64,000 bases of DNA. Source: Coraliomargaritaceae bacterium. GTDB lineage: Bacteria; Verrucomicrobiota; Verrucomicrobiia; Opitutales; Coraliomargaritaceae. The stretch spans positions 40,184-104,183 of the forward strand of contig CBFHKU010000006.1 in NCBI GenBank assembly GCA_965656495.1, in the 5' to 3' direction. Made by a program: the position numbers and the translations under genes. Positions 45,305 to 56,274 of the stretch are shown one piece after another. How positions within the stretch are numbered: position 1 is the first letter of the stretch; every line of letters begins with the position of its first letter. The notes under the pieces are model-generated. The model had not been told where the DNA came from, did no database searches, and saw only the letters and a program-made list of their open reading frames with translations.

Positions 45305-45321
45305 TTGGCACGCGGAATGCT
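45305..45321 (+). promoter_or_regulatory. Sigma54 (-24/-12) promoter for the amt-glnK array
   Basis: TTGGCACGCGGAATGCT with GG and GC exactly 12 nt apart, about 90 nt upstream of amtB. Confidence 0.8.
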
Positions 45322-45413
45322 AAACGTATCTCACCTGCACGCAGTGCGGGTGTCGGCAGCCGTCGGTTACCGACTCTAATAACACTAAGAAACTAATCTG
45401 ACTCGTTACTAAC

Positions 45414-47221
<1,808 letters not shown>

Positions 47222-47249
47222 TTAGCGGATCCAGATCAATTGAGGTTTA

Positions 47250-47284
47250 CAACGGCCATCCCCTTCGGGGGGTGGCCGTTTTTT
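47250..47284 (+). terminator. Terminator after the first glnK
   Basis: AACGGCCATCCCC-TTCG-GGGGGTGGCCGTTTTTT. Confidence 0.8.
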
Positions 47285-47366
47285 GTTATTTACGCAAGAA
47301 ACGGTTTATACTTCTCTACTGAGATCGCGTTTCGGCGCGAAAGCAAAACTACTAACCCACTATACT

Positions 47367-48674
47367 ATGGAAAAGATCCTTCGATTATTCGTGTTTTTAA
47401 TCGTGCCCTTATTGCTGGGCACGACGCTCATGGCAGAGGAAGCTGCTTTAACTGCGGAGGCGGTCTCGGCGCTGAGTTCGGGCAACACCGCCTGGATGAT
47501 CACCGCAACGGTGCTGGTGCTCTTCATGACGCTGCCCGGCCTCGCGCTTTTCTACGGCGGCCTCGTGCGCTCGCAGAATGTGCTCTCGGTGTTGATGCAT
47601 TGTTTCGCGATTGCGTGCCTTGCTTCGGTGCTCTGGATTGGCGGGCTTTACAGTCTGGCGTTTGCGGATGGTTCCGCTTGGTTGGGCGGGCTTTCAAAGC
47701 TCGGCCTGCAGGGGGTTGATTCCAGCAGCATGAGCGGCGACATTCCCGAGACGGTCTTTATCATGTTTCAATTGACCTTTGCGATTATCACGCCCGGACT
47801 GATCGTGGGCGCTTTTGTAGAGCGTATGAAATTTTCGGCAGTGCTGCTCTTTTCGGCACTCTGGCTTATTGTAGTCTACGCTCCAGTGGTTCACTGGGTG
47901 TGGGGCGGCGGTTGGCTCATGGACAAGGGCGTACTCGACCTTGCGGGTGGTATTGTGGTGCACGCTACTGCCGGTATTTCCGCCCTTGTTCTCGCAAAAT
48001 GCCTCGGACCCCGCGACGGGTTCCCCTCCAAGCTGCACGTGCCGCACAATCCCGGGATGGTGATGATCGGCGCCTCCATGCTCTGGGTGGGCTGGTTCGG
48101 TTTCAATGCCGGTAGCCAACTGGCTGCGAATGAAGCTGCAGGTATGACGATGCTCGTGACCCATATTTCCGCAGCGGTTGCAAGTTTGACCTGGATGACG
48201 ATTGAATGGTTGAAAACCGGCAAGCCCGGACTCGTTGGAATCGTCACCGGGATGGTTGCCGGTCTGGCGTCCATTACGCCCGCCTCCGGCAACGTCGGTC
48301 CTGTAGGTGCCATCATCATCGGTTTCCTCGCCGGATTTATCTGTTACTTTGCCTGTGGATTTGTGAAGCAGGGGCTCAAGATTGATGATTCCCTCGATGT
48401 TTTTGCAGTTCACGGCGTGGGCGGTATCATGGGTACCCTCATGGTCGCGGTGCTGGGCACCGCCGCTTTTGGTGGTTTCGGTGTGGAGTCCATCGGGGCG
48501 CAACTCGGTACTCAGGCCTTCGCGGTGCTCGCGGTGGTGCTTTGGTCAGGGCTTGCGAGTTATCTCATTATCCTTGTTTGCCGCGTGGTGACGGGGCTTC
48601 GCGTTTCCGCTGAGGACGAGACCACCGGGCTCGATCAGGGCGAACATGGCGAAACCGCTTATCACTTCGAGTAG
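47367..48674 (+). CDS. amtB: Ammonium transporter (copy 2)
   Basis: PGLALFYGGLVR, FQLTFAIITP, DLAGGIVVH, WFGFNAGS and DDSLDVFAVHG. Confidence 0.96.
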   Translation: MEKILRLFVFLIVPLLLGTTLMAEEAALTAEAVSALSSGNTAWMITATVLVLFMTLPGLALFYGGLVRSQNVLSVLMHCFAIACLASVLWIGGLYSLAFADGSAWLGGLSKLGLQGVDSSSMSGDIPETVFIMFQLTFAIITPGLIVGAFVERMKFSAVLLFSALWLIVVYAPVVHWVWGGGWLMDKGVLDLAGGIVVHATAGISALVLAKCLGPRDGFPSKLHVPHNPGMVMIGASMLWVGWFGFNAGSQLAANEAAGMTMLVTHISAAVASLTWMTIEWLKTGKPGLVGIVTGMVAGLASITPASGNVGPVGAIIIGFLAGFICYFACGFVKQGLKIDDSLDVFAVHGVGGIMGTLMVAVLGTAAFGGFGVESIGAQLGTQAFAVLAVVLWSGLASYLIILVCRVVTGLRVSAEDETTGLDQGEHGETAYHFE

Positions 48675-48736
48675 GCATTTCGCAATTGCCTCATTTGATT
48701 CAAGTTATAAACTTATAAATACTTAAACAAAATTAA

Positions 48737-49078
<342 letters not shown>

Positions 49079-49102
49079 TCGAGGGACTCTATTACCCCAT
49101 AC

Positions 49103-49137
49103 AAAATCCGCTCTCCATTCGGGGGGCGGATTTTTTT
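49103..49137. terminator. Bidirectional terminator
   Basis: AAAATCCGCTCTCC-ATTC-GGGGGGCGGATTTTTTT between convergent genes. Confidence 0.8.
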
Positions 49138-49190
49138 GGCGATCTTGATACTTGCTGAGGTCGGGAATTATCAACTTTGCAAAATCGATA

Positions 49191-49988
49191 TCAATCTCTC
49201 CGCAGGGCAAACATCCAGTCATAAAATTCGGCGGTGCCATAAGTGACCCGTCGGGCGTTGTGGCCCTCGTTCGGGTAGCTGCGGAAACGCACCTTTGTCC
49301 CGCCCGCTTTACGTATCGCCGCAACCATGCGCTCAGAGCGGTCCGGCGGTACGACTTTATCGAGGGCGCCGACAAAGGCATAGACCGGCACTTTTGCGAG
49401 GTTCCCCGCCCATGCCTCGAGGTCTGGAGTGATGTCTTTCGGGCCTCCGTAGCCGATGCCACCCACAATGGGCGCGATCGCCGCAAAATGCTCGGGGTTG
49501 TGTCCGCCCCACATCCAACTGCCGAAACCGCCCATACTGTTACCGGTGAGGTAGATGCGGCTTGTGTCGATCGGGAGGGTCGCTTTCAGGTGCGAGAGGA
49601 GCAGGTTCAGATCGGTATGGTTCCAGGTCGCCCAACCGCCGTCTTTGCTTTGCCGCAGGCATTGGGGAGCGACGATCAGGCAGGGACCTTTGCGAAAACC
49701 TTGAATGCCGTCCGTCAATTGCCGTACCTGGCTCGCGATGCGACGAACCTCATCCCCTTTGCCGCCCCCGCCGTGCAGGTAGATCAGGAGTGGCTGCTTC
49801 ATTTCCCTTGCCCCGCTGCCGCCACCGCCGACTCGGAAGAGGAGGTATTCCGGGTTCAGCGCATTGGTTTTTTCCTGAAGGGCGGGGTCGAGGCGTTCCA
49901 CGGTGGGCTCAACCGGTTGGGCGTAGCAGGGTAGTAAGCCGCTGAGGAGGCCGATGAAGAGTAGGGGGTATAGGATTAGAGATTGCAT
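49191..49988 (-). CDS. Secreted alpha/beta-hydrolase (esterase/peptidase-like)
   Basis: Signal peptide, PLLIYLHGGG, VAPQC, GNSMGG nucleophile elbow, DKVV and GHN. Confidence 0.85.
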   Translation of the reverse strand: MQSLILYPLLFIGLLSGLLPCYAQPVEPTVERLDPALQEKTNALNPEYLLFRVGGGGSGAREMKQPLLIYLHGGGGKGDEVRRIASQVRQLTDGIQGFRKGPCLIVAPQCLRQSKDGGWATWNHTDLNLLLSHLKATLPIDTSRIYLTGNSMGGFGSWMWGGHNPEHFAAIAPIVGGIGYGGPKDITPDLEAWAGNLAKVPVYAFVGALDKVVPPDRSERMVAAIRKAGGTKVRFRSYPNEGHNARRVTYGTAEFYDWMFALRRD

Positions 49989-50055
49989 GGGATAAACAGA
50001 GGTGGGTTTTGGATAAACGACAGTATGGTAATGCAGGACATACCAAGTTAAATTT

Positions 50056-50286
50056 TCAAAGCTTCGCGAGTGTCATCAATTCGGATGCACACAGTCGCAA
50101 AGCCTTTGCAACGCGAAGTATGTTGAGCAGGGAAAGGTTGCGCTCTCCACGCTCAATTGAACCCATGTAAGTACGGTGTACCCCGCATTTTTCCGCGAGG
50201 GCCTCCTGCGAGTAACCGAGTGATATTCTCTGCGCTCGTATGGCGGCACCCAGTTTTCTTTGCGCTGTTTCCAATTTAACTTCCAT
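50056..50286 (-). CDS. XRE HTH regulator resembling an R-M controller (C) protein
   Basis: SQEALAEKCGVHRTYMGSIERGERNLSLLNILRVAKAL; ATG 50286 lies just downstream of a double C-box. Confidence 0.85.
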   Translation of the reverse strand: MEVKLETAQRKLGAAIRAQRISLGYSQEALAEKCGVHRTYMGSIERGERNLSLLNILRVAKALRLCASELMTLAKL

Positions 50287-50310
50287 GGAAACAAGTATTG
50301 CAATTTGGAT

Positions 50311-50336
50311 GACTATAAATCTACAGACTATAAGTA
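50311..50336 (-). promoter_or_regulatory. Tandem C-box operator
   Basis: Minus strand TACTTATAGTCTGTAGATTTATAGTC; two TATAGTC units 15 nt apart with a central GT. Confidence 0.8.
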
Positions 50337-50584
50337 GCTTTTGGCTTGCAACGACTTGGGGTTGTGATGACAATAAGTAGCATACGGGCAAGGGTTACGC
50401 CGCATATCTCCGTGTTACTCAAATTGTGGGGACGCATTTTTGGTTGGTTTGCAATAAGGATGAAGTAATCACGATTTTTTATTGTGAGCACGGGATTGAA
50501 TACGTGGAGCAGATGTTTCGCTCAATCTTTGTAGAATGTCCAGAGCGGGAGCCTATTCAGCGCAACTGAGGGCAGGGGTTTTCA

Positions 50585-50926
50585 TCAGCGTTTAGAGAGT
50601 TTTGCTTTTACGCAGCCAATGCGCAAGGCGGGGTTGCGTTGGATGTAGTAAGCTGCCAGCAGTTCGACGAGTGGGATGCAGATAAAGAGATAAATGACAA
50701 TGCCGCTGAGGAGGGAGTGCTTCTGGCTTTCACCGATTTGAAACCCAATAAAAAGACTCAGGCAGGCAAGCAGCAGGTATGCGATGCCAAGGCAGAGGTT
50801 TAGCCTATTGGCGGGGAGGACTTTCAGCCGGCGACCACAAAACGGACAACGCAGGCGGTTTGAAGTGAGCGCCCGCATTATCGTGAAAAGAGTAAGCGGG
50901 GTCTTGCATACGGGGCAGTACTTCAT
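50585..50926 (-). CDS. Small CxxC-x19-CxxC zinc-finger membrane protein
   Basis: CPVC...CPFC followed by two TM helices; resembles the Cxxc_20_cxxc family. Confidence 0.7.
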   Translation of the reverse strand: MKYCPVCKTPLTLFTIMRALTSNRLRCPFCGRRLKVLPANRLNLCLGIAYLLLACLSLFIGFQIGESQKHSLLSGIVIYLFICIPLVELLAAYYIQRNPALRIGCVKAKLSKR

Positions 50927-51225
50927 GCCAGCGCCACCTCCCTAACTGAGAACTTTCCTATTAATGATTTTTTGTCTATCTGCACGGCTACCCCTTCCTC
51001 ACTCGCTTTCCCATTTTTCGCGGGGGGGGGTAGTGTATAGATGTAAATAAATTAGGCATATAGTTATCTATCGGTGAACTATTAATAATAAATGTAAATT
51101 TAAATATACACGAGAACACGAAAATTTTTCAAACGGATATTTAGTCCAAAGGCGAAGGGTTTGACTTCTCGATAATATCGGGGGCGCGGGGGTCGTTGCC
51201 GGCGGTTTTGTTTCTCTCGCTAAAC

Positions 51226-51669
51226 TTAATCACTGGAAGTTAGCCCTCCGGGTTCTAGTTCGCGTTCAACCCATTTTAGCTGCAGGGGTTTTCGACCTTT
51301 GATTTGTATTTCAATCCAGTCGCCATTTTTTTTGGGGATGACGGCACCTGCTTTTCCATGTTCGGTTAAAATTGAAGATTTAGCGGAACCGAGTTCCGTG
51401 AAGCCTAAAAATTGATTACTGATAATTTCAAGGGTGAGGCCTCCGTTTCCCTTTTTGTATTTAATGATGAAGCCAAAAAATAAATGGTCTTCCGGTGGAA
51501 CTTTGGAAATATGGAGCGGTTCGACGCATGAAATCGTGGCAGAAGGCGCTTCCAGTGACCAATAGCCTTTATGGTTATTGTCGAGGTCTTTAAACTGTAG
51601 ATATTCAGCGGCATGGAGGCTTATCGCCACCAGTGAAACGATTGTTATAATATGGATGCGGCGTTTCAT
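51226..51669 (-). CDS. Hypothetical secreted protein
   Basis: Signal peptide MKRRIHIITIVSLVAISLHA; AT-rich codons. Confidence 0.7.
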   Translation of the reverse strand: MKRRIHIITIVSLVAISLHAAEYLQFKDLDNNHKGYWSLEAPSATISCVEPLHISKVPPEDHLFFGFIIKYKKGNGGLTLEIISNQFLGFTELGSAKSSILTEHGKAGAVIPKKNGDWIEIQIKGRKPLQLKWVERELEPGGLTSSD

Positions 51670-51673
51670 TGTT

Positions 51674-52210
51674 TCATGGTCGGCTGTTTTTTCGAGGAAG
51701 GGCAATGGCGGTGACGAATGCGAGCAGAATTAAGGTAAATCCAAGGCCGGGCGCGAGCCACATGAGTTGCGAGGGGCCGGGCTCTAAAACACTCATTTGC
51801 GGCTTATTAGGACGGTAAAACACGGACACTTGCTTTCCATTTGGATACGATTTGAGCCTAAGTTTTGGCATTATTGGGCTGTCTTTCTGAAAAAAGCGGG
51901 CGTCTCCGAAGGCAATCCGACTTCCCCTGTAATTATGGCCTCCCACTTGGTATTCATAGGAAATCACGGCCTTATAGAACGTTTCTTTTTTTATCTGCCA
52001 ACCATACCACTCGGTCCCTCTTTTTTGTTCCATGCGGGACTCAATGATGTAGCCTTCTGCCTTAGGCCATTTTGAGCTTTCGCTTGCGAGTTTAATCTCT
52101 TTTAAACCGTCAACAATCAAGTATGCCCCATAAGCCAAAAGGATTACGCCAAAAATGCGCGAGGTCTTTTGGAAGTACCTCTTGGGGTGGATGATGCCGT
52201 TTTGATGCAT
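51674..52210 (-). CDS. DUF3592-like membrane protein
   Basis: SSKWPKAEGYIIES, YEYQVGG and YPNGKQVSVFYRPNKPQMSVL between two TM helices. Confidence 0.8.
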   Translation of the reverse strand: MHQNGIIHPKRYFQKTSRIFGVILLAYGAYLIVDGLKEIKLASESSKWPKAEGYIIESRMEQKRGTEWYGWQIKKETFYKAVISYEYQVGGHNYRGSRIAFGDARFFQKDSPIMPKLRLKSYPNGKQVSVFYRPNKPQMSVLEPGPSQLMWLAPGLGFTLILLAFVTAIALPRKNSRP

Positions 52211-52225
52211 CTGATTTGAGCCGCT

Positions 52226-52822
52226 TTATTCTTTAATTATCTGAAAGGAAGTTATGTTGGCTTTCACGCTGTCAAATGTGAACGCTTCCATTTCTTCCGG
52301 GTTATCGCTTTTGGGGATACTGCGCTCCTCCTTTACGGAAGTCGCTTCGCCTGGAGCCAGAATTTTTATTCCATGAAGCGATTTGTGCTTTGTGTCGATG
52401 AGGATGCCATCTTTGTAGTAATCAAGGTTAAGTTTGATATACTCAATGGGGTAGTCACTCTCATTCTTGAGGGTAAGGATGACGCTTTGCCGCGTTTCCC
52501 ATTGGGTGGGAATTTCTTTCAAATTTTCGATTTTGATTTGTTTGCGCACCTCAAGAAATGAGAATTTTTTGTCGGACTCCTGAGTGCTGTTCCAACCACT
52601 CGAGAACCCAACTTTGATTTGATTGGCTAATTGTTCCGCTAAATCCTGAACGGCCTTGGTTTTTTCGGCATCACTCGTGGCGTCTGCAGCAATCGCAACA
52701 AGTGTATCATATGTGGCCTGTATCTCGCCTGCGAGGTGAGCTTTGTTTTGCTTTGCGAGGACGAATGCCGCTACAATAACGATTAAAGTGATGGCGATGG
52801 GGCTATTGATGATTTTGTTCAT
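52226..52822 (-). CDS. Membrane-anchored protein with FxLYD-like C-terminal domain
   Basis: N-terminal hydrophobic anchor; LKNESDYPIEYIKLNLDYYKDGILID...LAPGE. Confidence 0.6.
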   Translation of the reverse strand: MNKIINSPIAITLIVIVAAFVLAKQNKAHLAGEIQATYDTLVAIAADATSDAEKTKAVQDLAEQLANQIKVGFSSGWNSTQESDKKFSFLEVRKQIKIENLKEIPTQWETRQSVILTLKNESDYPIEYIKLNLDYYKDGILIDTKHKSLHGIKILAPGEATSVKEERSIPKSDNPEEMEAFTFDSVKANITSFQIIKE

Positions 52823-52910
52823 AATATATAATTTTCAATATATAGTACATGGGATTAATTTGTAAATAATATAGGTGCGGATGGACGTTCCTAACTTTTC
52901 CGGGGCGTGC

Positions 52911-53222
52911 TCAGTCTTTTGGCTTCTCGATAATATCGGGGGCGCGGGGGTCGTTGCCGGCGGTTTTGTGGTAGCGTCCGGTGAGTTTGTCCTTCTCGTA
53001 TTGGGTGAAGCCTTTTTGGGTGAGGTTTTTATTGTCGAGGGCGCGCTGGTTGGCTTTTTCGGAGTAACGGGTGTTGAGGGCGGGGCTGGCGAGCACTTTG
53101 CGGATGGGTTTTCCGGTGTGGGGATGCTGGGTGAGGGGCGCGTCGGACATGGCTTGAATGACCTCAAAGCGGGTGCCGGGGTTGCCGTCGGGCAGGATTT
53201 CCTCGTAGGTGTAGGTGGGCAT
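52911..53222 (-). CDS. FmdB-family putative regulator, cysteine-less variant
   Basis: MPTYTYE...FEVIQAMSDAPLTQHPHTGKPIRKVL, the FmdB pattern with both CxxC pairs absent. Confidence 0.75.
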   Translation of the reverse strand: MPTYTYEEILPDGNPGTRFEVIQAMSDAPLTQHPHTGKPIRKVLASPALNTRYSEKANQRALDNKNLTQKGFTQYEKDKLTGRYHKTAGNDPRAPDIIEKPKD

Positions 53223-53364
53223 GGTGAAGTTCTAAAAGTTGTCTGAAATGGCAGAGTCTTTGCTTATGGCGTTATTGTGATGGGACAAATTCAAATTGTA
53301 GCTTGCATGGATTGTGGGGTCTCGTAAGTTACGGCACTTCAAAACAGATGATTCTTGGAATCAA

Positions 53365-53916
53365 ATGAAATCAGAAAACACAACCCTAGGTTACAACAGC
53401 AAAGTCGAAGGCGAGGTCGTCGTCACTCAGGCGGACGCTGTTATCAATTGGATACGGAAGCACTCGGTCTGGCCGATGCCGATGGGATTGGCCTGTTGTG
53501 CGATTGAGCTGATGGCGGTGGGGGCCTCGCGCTTTGATATTTCCCGTTTTGGAATGGAGGTCATGCGTTTCTCGCCGCGCCAGGCGGATTGTATGATCGT
53601 GTCAGGTACGGTGACGTATAAAATGGCAGAGGTGGTACGCCGCATTTATGAACAGATGGCGGAACCGAAGTGGGTGGTTGCGATGGGTGCCTGCGCGAGT
53701 ACGGGCGGGATGTATCGTTCCTACGCGACCCTGCAGGGGGTGGACCGCATCGTGCCGGTGGATGTTTATGTGAGCGGTTGTCCGCCGCGCCCCGAGGCGC
53801 TGCTGGATGCCATGATTAAACTGCAAGACAAGATTGGCCGGGAGCGCTCGGTCAAGAACTTGACTGCACCGAAGGCTGCCGCGGCTGCGCCGGCCCTCGC
53901 GGGGAAGGAGGCGTAG
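53365..53916 (+). CDS. nuoB: NADH-quinone oxidoreductase subunit B
   Basis: [19 protein letters not shown] and GCPPRPEAL. Confidence 0.97.
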   Translation: MKSENTTLGYNSKVEGEVVVTQADAVINWIRKHSVWPMPMGLACCAIELMAVGASRFDISRFGMEVMRFSPRQADCMIVSGTVTYKMAEVVRRIYEQMAEPKWVVAMGACASTGGMYRSYATLQGVDRIVPVDVYVSGCPPRPEALLDAMIKLQDKIGRERSVKNLTAPKAAAAAPALAGKEA

Positions 53917-53917
53917 C

Positions 53918-54529
53918 ATGAGCGACGCGAATTTCGCATCCCTGAAGGAGCGTTTCGCCTATTTGACCGAGCGGGATTCTGCGGATCACCTCGCGGTGAA
54001 TTGTCCGGCGGAGCATCTCTTGGAATGCTGCACCGCCTTGCGCGATGATTTCGGCTATGATCTTTTGGTGGATGTGACCGCAATTGATTGGGCTGCCGAG
54101 ACGAGCCCGCGCTTTACCGGGATTTACCATATTCTTTCAACGACGCACCATGCCTATATTCGGATTGCGTCGGATTGCGTCGATGATGCCGCGCCGAGTC
54201 TTCCGAGTCTGGCAGGGATCTTTCCGGCGGCGAACTGGCACGAACGCGAGACCTACGACATGATGGGCATTCGCTACGAGGGTCACCCGGATTTGAAACG
54301 GATCCTAATGTGGGAGGACTATCCTTACCACCCCTTGCGGAAGGAATTTCCTCTGGCGGGGATTGAGGTGCCTTTCCCGGCCGCGGATGTGGCGGAAACC
54401 GCCAATGCGAAAGTGTTGCCGGCACCCATGATGGGCGGGCCGTTTGTTTCTCCTGCGGATGGAACGATGCGGGAAATTGAACCGCAGGCGAAGGACGAGA
54501 GTTGGACGGAAAAGGAGGAGAACCGCTAA
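53918..54529 (+). CDS. nuoC: NADH-quinone oxidoreductase subunit C
   Basis: ANWHERETYDMMGI, GHPDLKRIL and HPLRKEFP. Confidence 0.95.
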   Translation: MSDANFASLKERFAYLTERDSADHLAVNCPAEHLLECCTALRDDFGYDLLVDVTAIDWAAETSPRFTGIYHILSTTHHAYIRIASDCVDDAAPSLPSLAGIFPAANWHERETYDMMGIRYEGHPDLKRILMWEDYPYHPLRKEFPLAGIEVPFPAADVAETANAKVLPAPMMGGPFVSPADGTMREIEPQAKDESWTEKEENR

Positions 54530-55767
54530 TGGCCACCACTAAGGAAATTTCGATAGGAGACCTCGGCGCGCGCGCAGGCGTGGCAGAGGAAGAGCTGAAG
54601 GGCGAAACCATGGCCCTGAACGTGGGACCGTCTCACCCGACGACTCACGGGGTGTTGCGTCTGTTGACGGAATTGGACGGTGACATCATCACGAAGTGTG
54701 AACCGGTGATTGGATATTTGCACCGGGGTGATGAGAAGATCGCGGAGAACATGACCTACAATCAGTTCGTGCCTTACACGGATCGTTTGGACTATCTTGC
54801 GCCGCTGGCGAACAATGTGGCGTTTGCAATGGCGGTGGAAAAGTTGGCGGCTTTGGAGGTTCCGGAGCGTTGTCAGGCGATTCGGGTTTTGTGCTGTGAA
54901 TTGGCACGCATTTCCTCGCATTTGTTGGGGATCGGGGTTTTCGGAATGGATGCGGGTGCTTGGACGGTCTTCATGTACACCTTCACGGAGCGCGAAAAAC
55001 TTTATACTTTATTTGAGGAATTGACGGGGGCACGTTTCACTACGAGCTACACCCGGATTGGTGGGGTGGCGCGCGACATCCCGGAGGGCTGGCTTGGTCG
55101 CGTGACGGATTTTATCAATGGAGTGCTTCCGGTTCTGGATCAAATTGACAAGTTGCTGACCCGCAACCGAATTTTCGTGGATCGCACTCAGGGCATCGGA
55201 GTTATCTCGCGCGAGGACGCCATCGCTTATGGTCTGACGGGGCCGAACCTGCGTGCCTCGGGCGTAGATCTCGACCTGCGCAAAGACAAGCCCTATCTCG
55301 GTTACGACAAGTATGATTTTGAGGTACCGGTCGGTACAACGGGTGATTGCTACGACCGTTATCTGCTCCGTGCCGAAGAGGTGCGCCAGTCGGTGCGTAT
55401 TATTCGTCAGGTCATTGATACGATTCCCGACGGCAGTTTTTACGCGGAGGATGCCAAACGTATCTTCTCGCCGCCAAAAGAAAAGGTGCTGACGAGCATG
55501 GAGGAGTTGATTCAGAATTTCATGATCACGACCGAGGGGCCGCAGATTCCAGCCGGGGAGGCGTATTTTGAAGCGGAGAATCCGAAAGGGGCGCTTGGTT
55601 TTTATTTGGTCTCAAAGGGTGGGGGCGTGCCGTACCGTCTCAAGATTCGCGGTCCTTCTTTCTGCTCGCTCAGTATACTCGACAAACTTGTACCCGGTCA
55701 TTACATGACGGATATTACCGTGATTTTAGGATCGCTGGATTTTGTGATGGGGGAGTGTGACCGCTAG
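54529..55767 (+). CDS. nuoD: NADH-quinone oxidoreductase subunit D
   Basis: NVGPSHPTTHGVLRL, GYLHRG, DRLDY and GECDR. Confidence 0.97.
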   Translation: MATTKEISIGDLGARAGVAEEELKGETMALNVGPSHPTTHGVLRLLTELDGDIITKCEPVIGYLHRGDEKIAENMTYNQFVPYTDRLDYLAPLANNVAFAMAVEKLAALEVPERCQAIRVLCCELARISSHLLGIGVFGMDAGAWTVFMYTFTEREKLYTLFEELTGARFTTSYTRIGGVARDIPEGWLGRVTDFINGVLPVLDQIDKLLTRNRIFVDRTQGIGVISREDAIAYGLTGPNLRASGVDLDLRKDKPYLGYDKYDFEVPVGTTGDCYDRYLLRAEEVRQSVRIIRQVIDTIPDGSFYAEDAKRIFSPPKEKVLTSMEELIQNFMITTEGPQIPAGEAYFEAENPKGALGFYLVSKGGGVPYRLKIRGPSFCSLSILDKLVPGHYMTDITVILGSLDFVMGECDR

Positions 55768-55777
55768 ATTCGAAGCT

Positions 55778-56257
55778 ATGAATTTAAAGCCTGAAACGAT
55801 TGAAAAAATTGACCGCCTGGTTCCGCGTTATCCGGTCATGCGAAGTGCGGCACTGCCGCTCTGTCACCTCTTGCAGGAAGATCAGGGTTATCTTTCGGAC
55901 GAAGCGATTGAATGGATCGCGGAGCGCCTTGAGCTGGAACCGATCAATATTGCGGAAATTGTGACTTTTTACCCGATGCTGCGGCGTGAACCAACCGGTC
56001 AATACCATGTGCGGGTCTGCCGGACGCTGCCGTGCGCGCTGGGCGGGGCGTATCAAACCTGTCGCCGCCTCGAGGAGGAGTTAAACGTCAAGGTGGGGCA
56101 CACCAGCGAGGATGGGAAAGTGACGCTTGAATTCGTGGAATGCCACGCCGATTGTGGGAAGGCGCCGGTCGTGATGGTGGGCGAAACGGAATATACCGAC
56201 GTTGGGCTTGAAGCCGCCAGCGATCTCGCTGAAAAAATCAAACAGGGAACCCTATAA
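55778..56257 (+). CDS. nuoE: NADH-quinone oxidoreductase subunit E
   Basis: VTFY, VCRTLPC and ECHADCGKAP. Confidence 0.93.
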   Translation: MNLKPETIEKIDRLVPRYPVMRSAALPLCHLLQEDQGYLSDEAIEWIAERLELEPINIAEIVTFYPMLRREPTGQYHVRVCRTLPCALGGAYQTCRRLEEELNVKVGHTSEDGKVTLEFVECHADCGKAPVVMVGETEYTDVGLEAASDLAEKIKQGTL

Positions 56258-56274
56258 ATTCGGAAATCACAAGA

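Larger units (their letters stand above)
51165..52969. mobile_element. Three-gene islet bounded by perfect 47-bp direct repeats derived from the FmdB-like gene 3' end
   Basis: CTTCTCGATAATATCGGGGGCGCGGGGGTCGTTGCCGGCGGTTTTGT at 51165-51211 and 52923-52969. Confidence 0.75.

Noticed and set aside
50381..50569. Stop-free plus-strand frame containing YAAYLRVT, reminiscent of a serine recombinase N-terminus
   Set aside because: No start codon ahead of the motif, the catalytic RVS Ser is absent, and the rest shows no resolvase similarity.
51212..51262. Possible attC remnant at the end of the secreted-protein gene
   Set aside because: No complementary core and inverse-core boxes or extended hairpin could be identified by eye.
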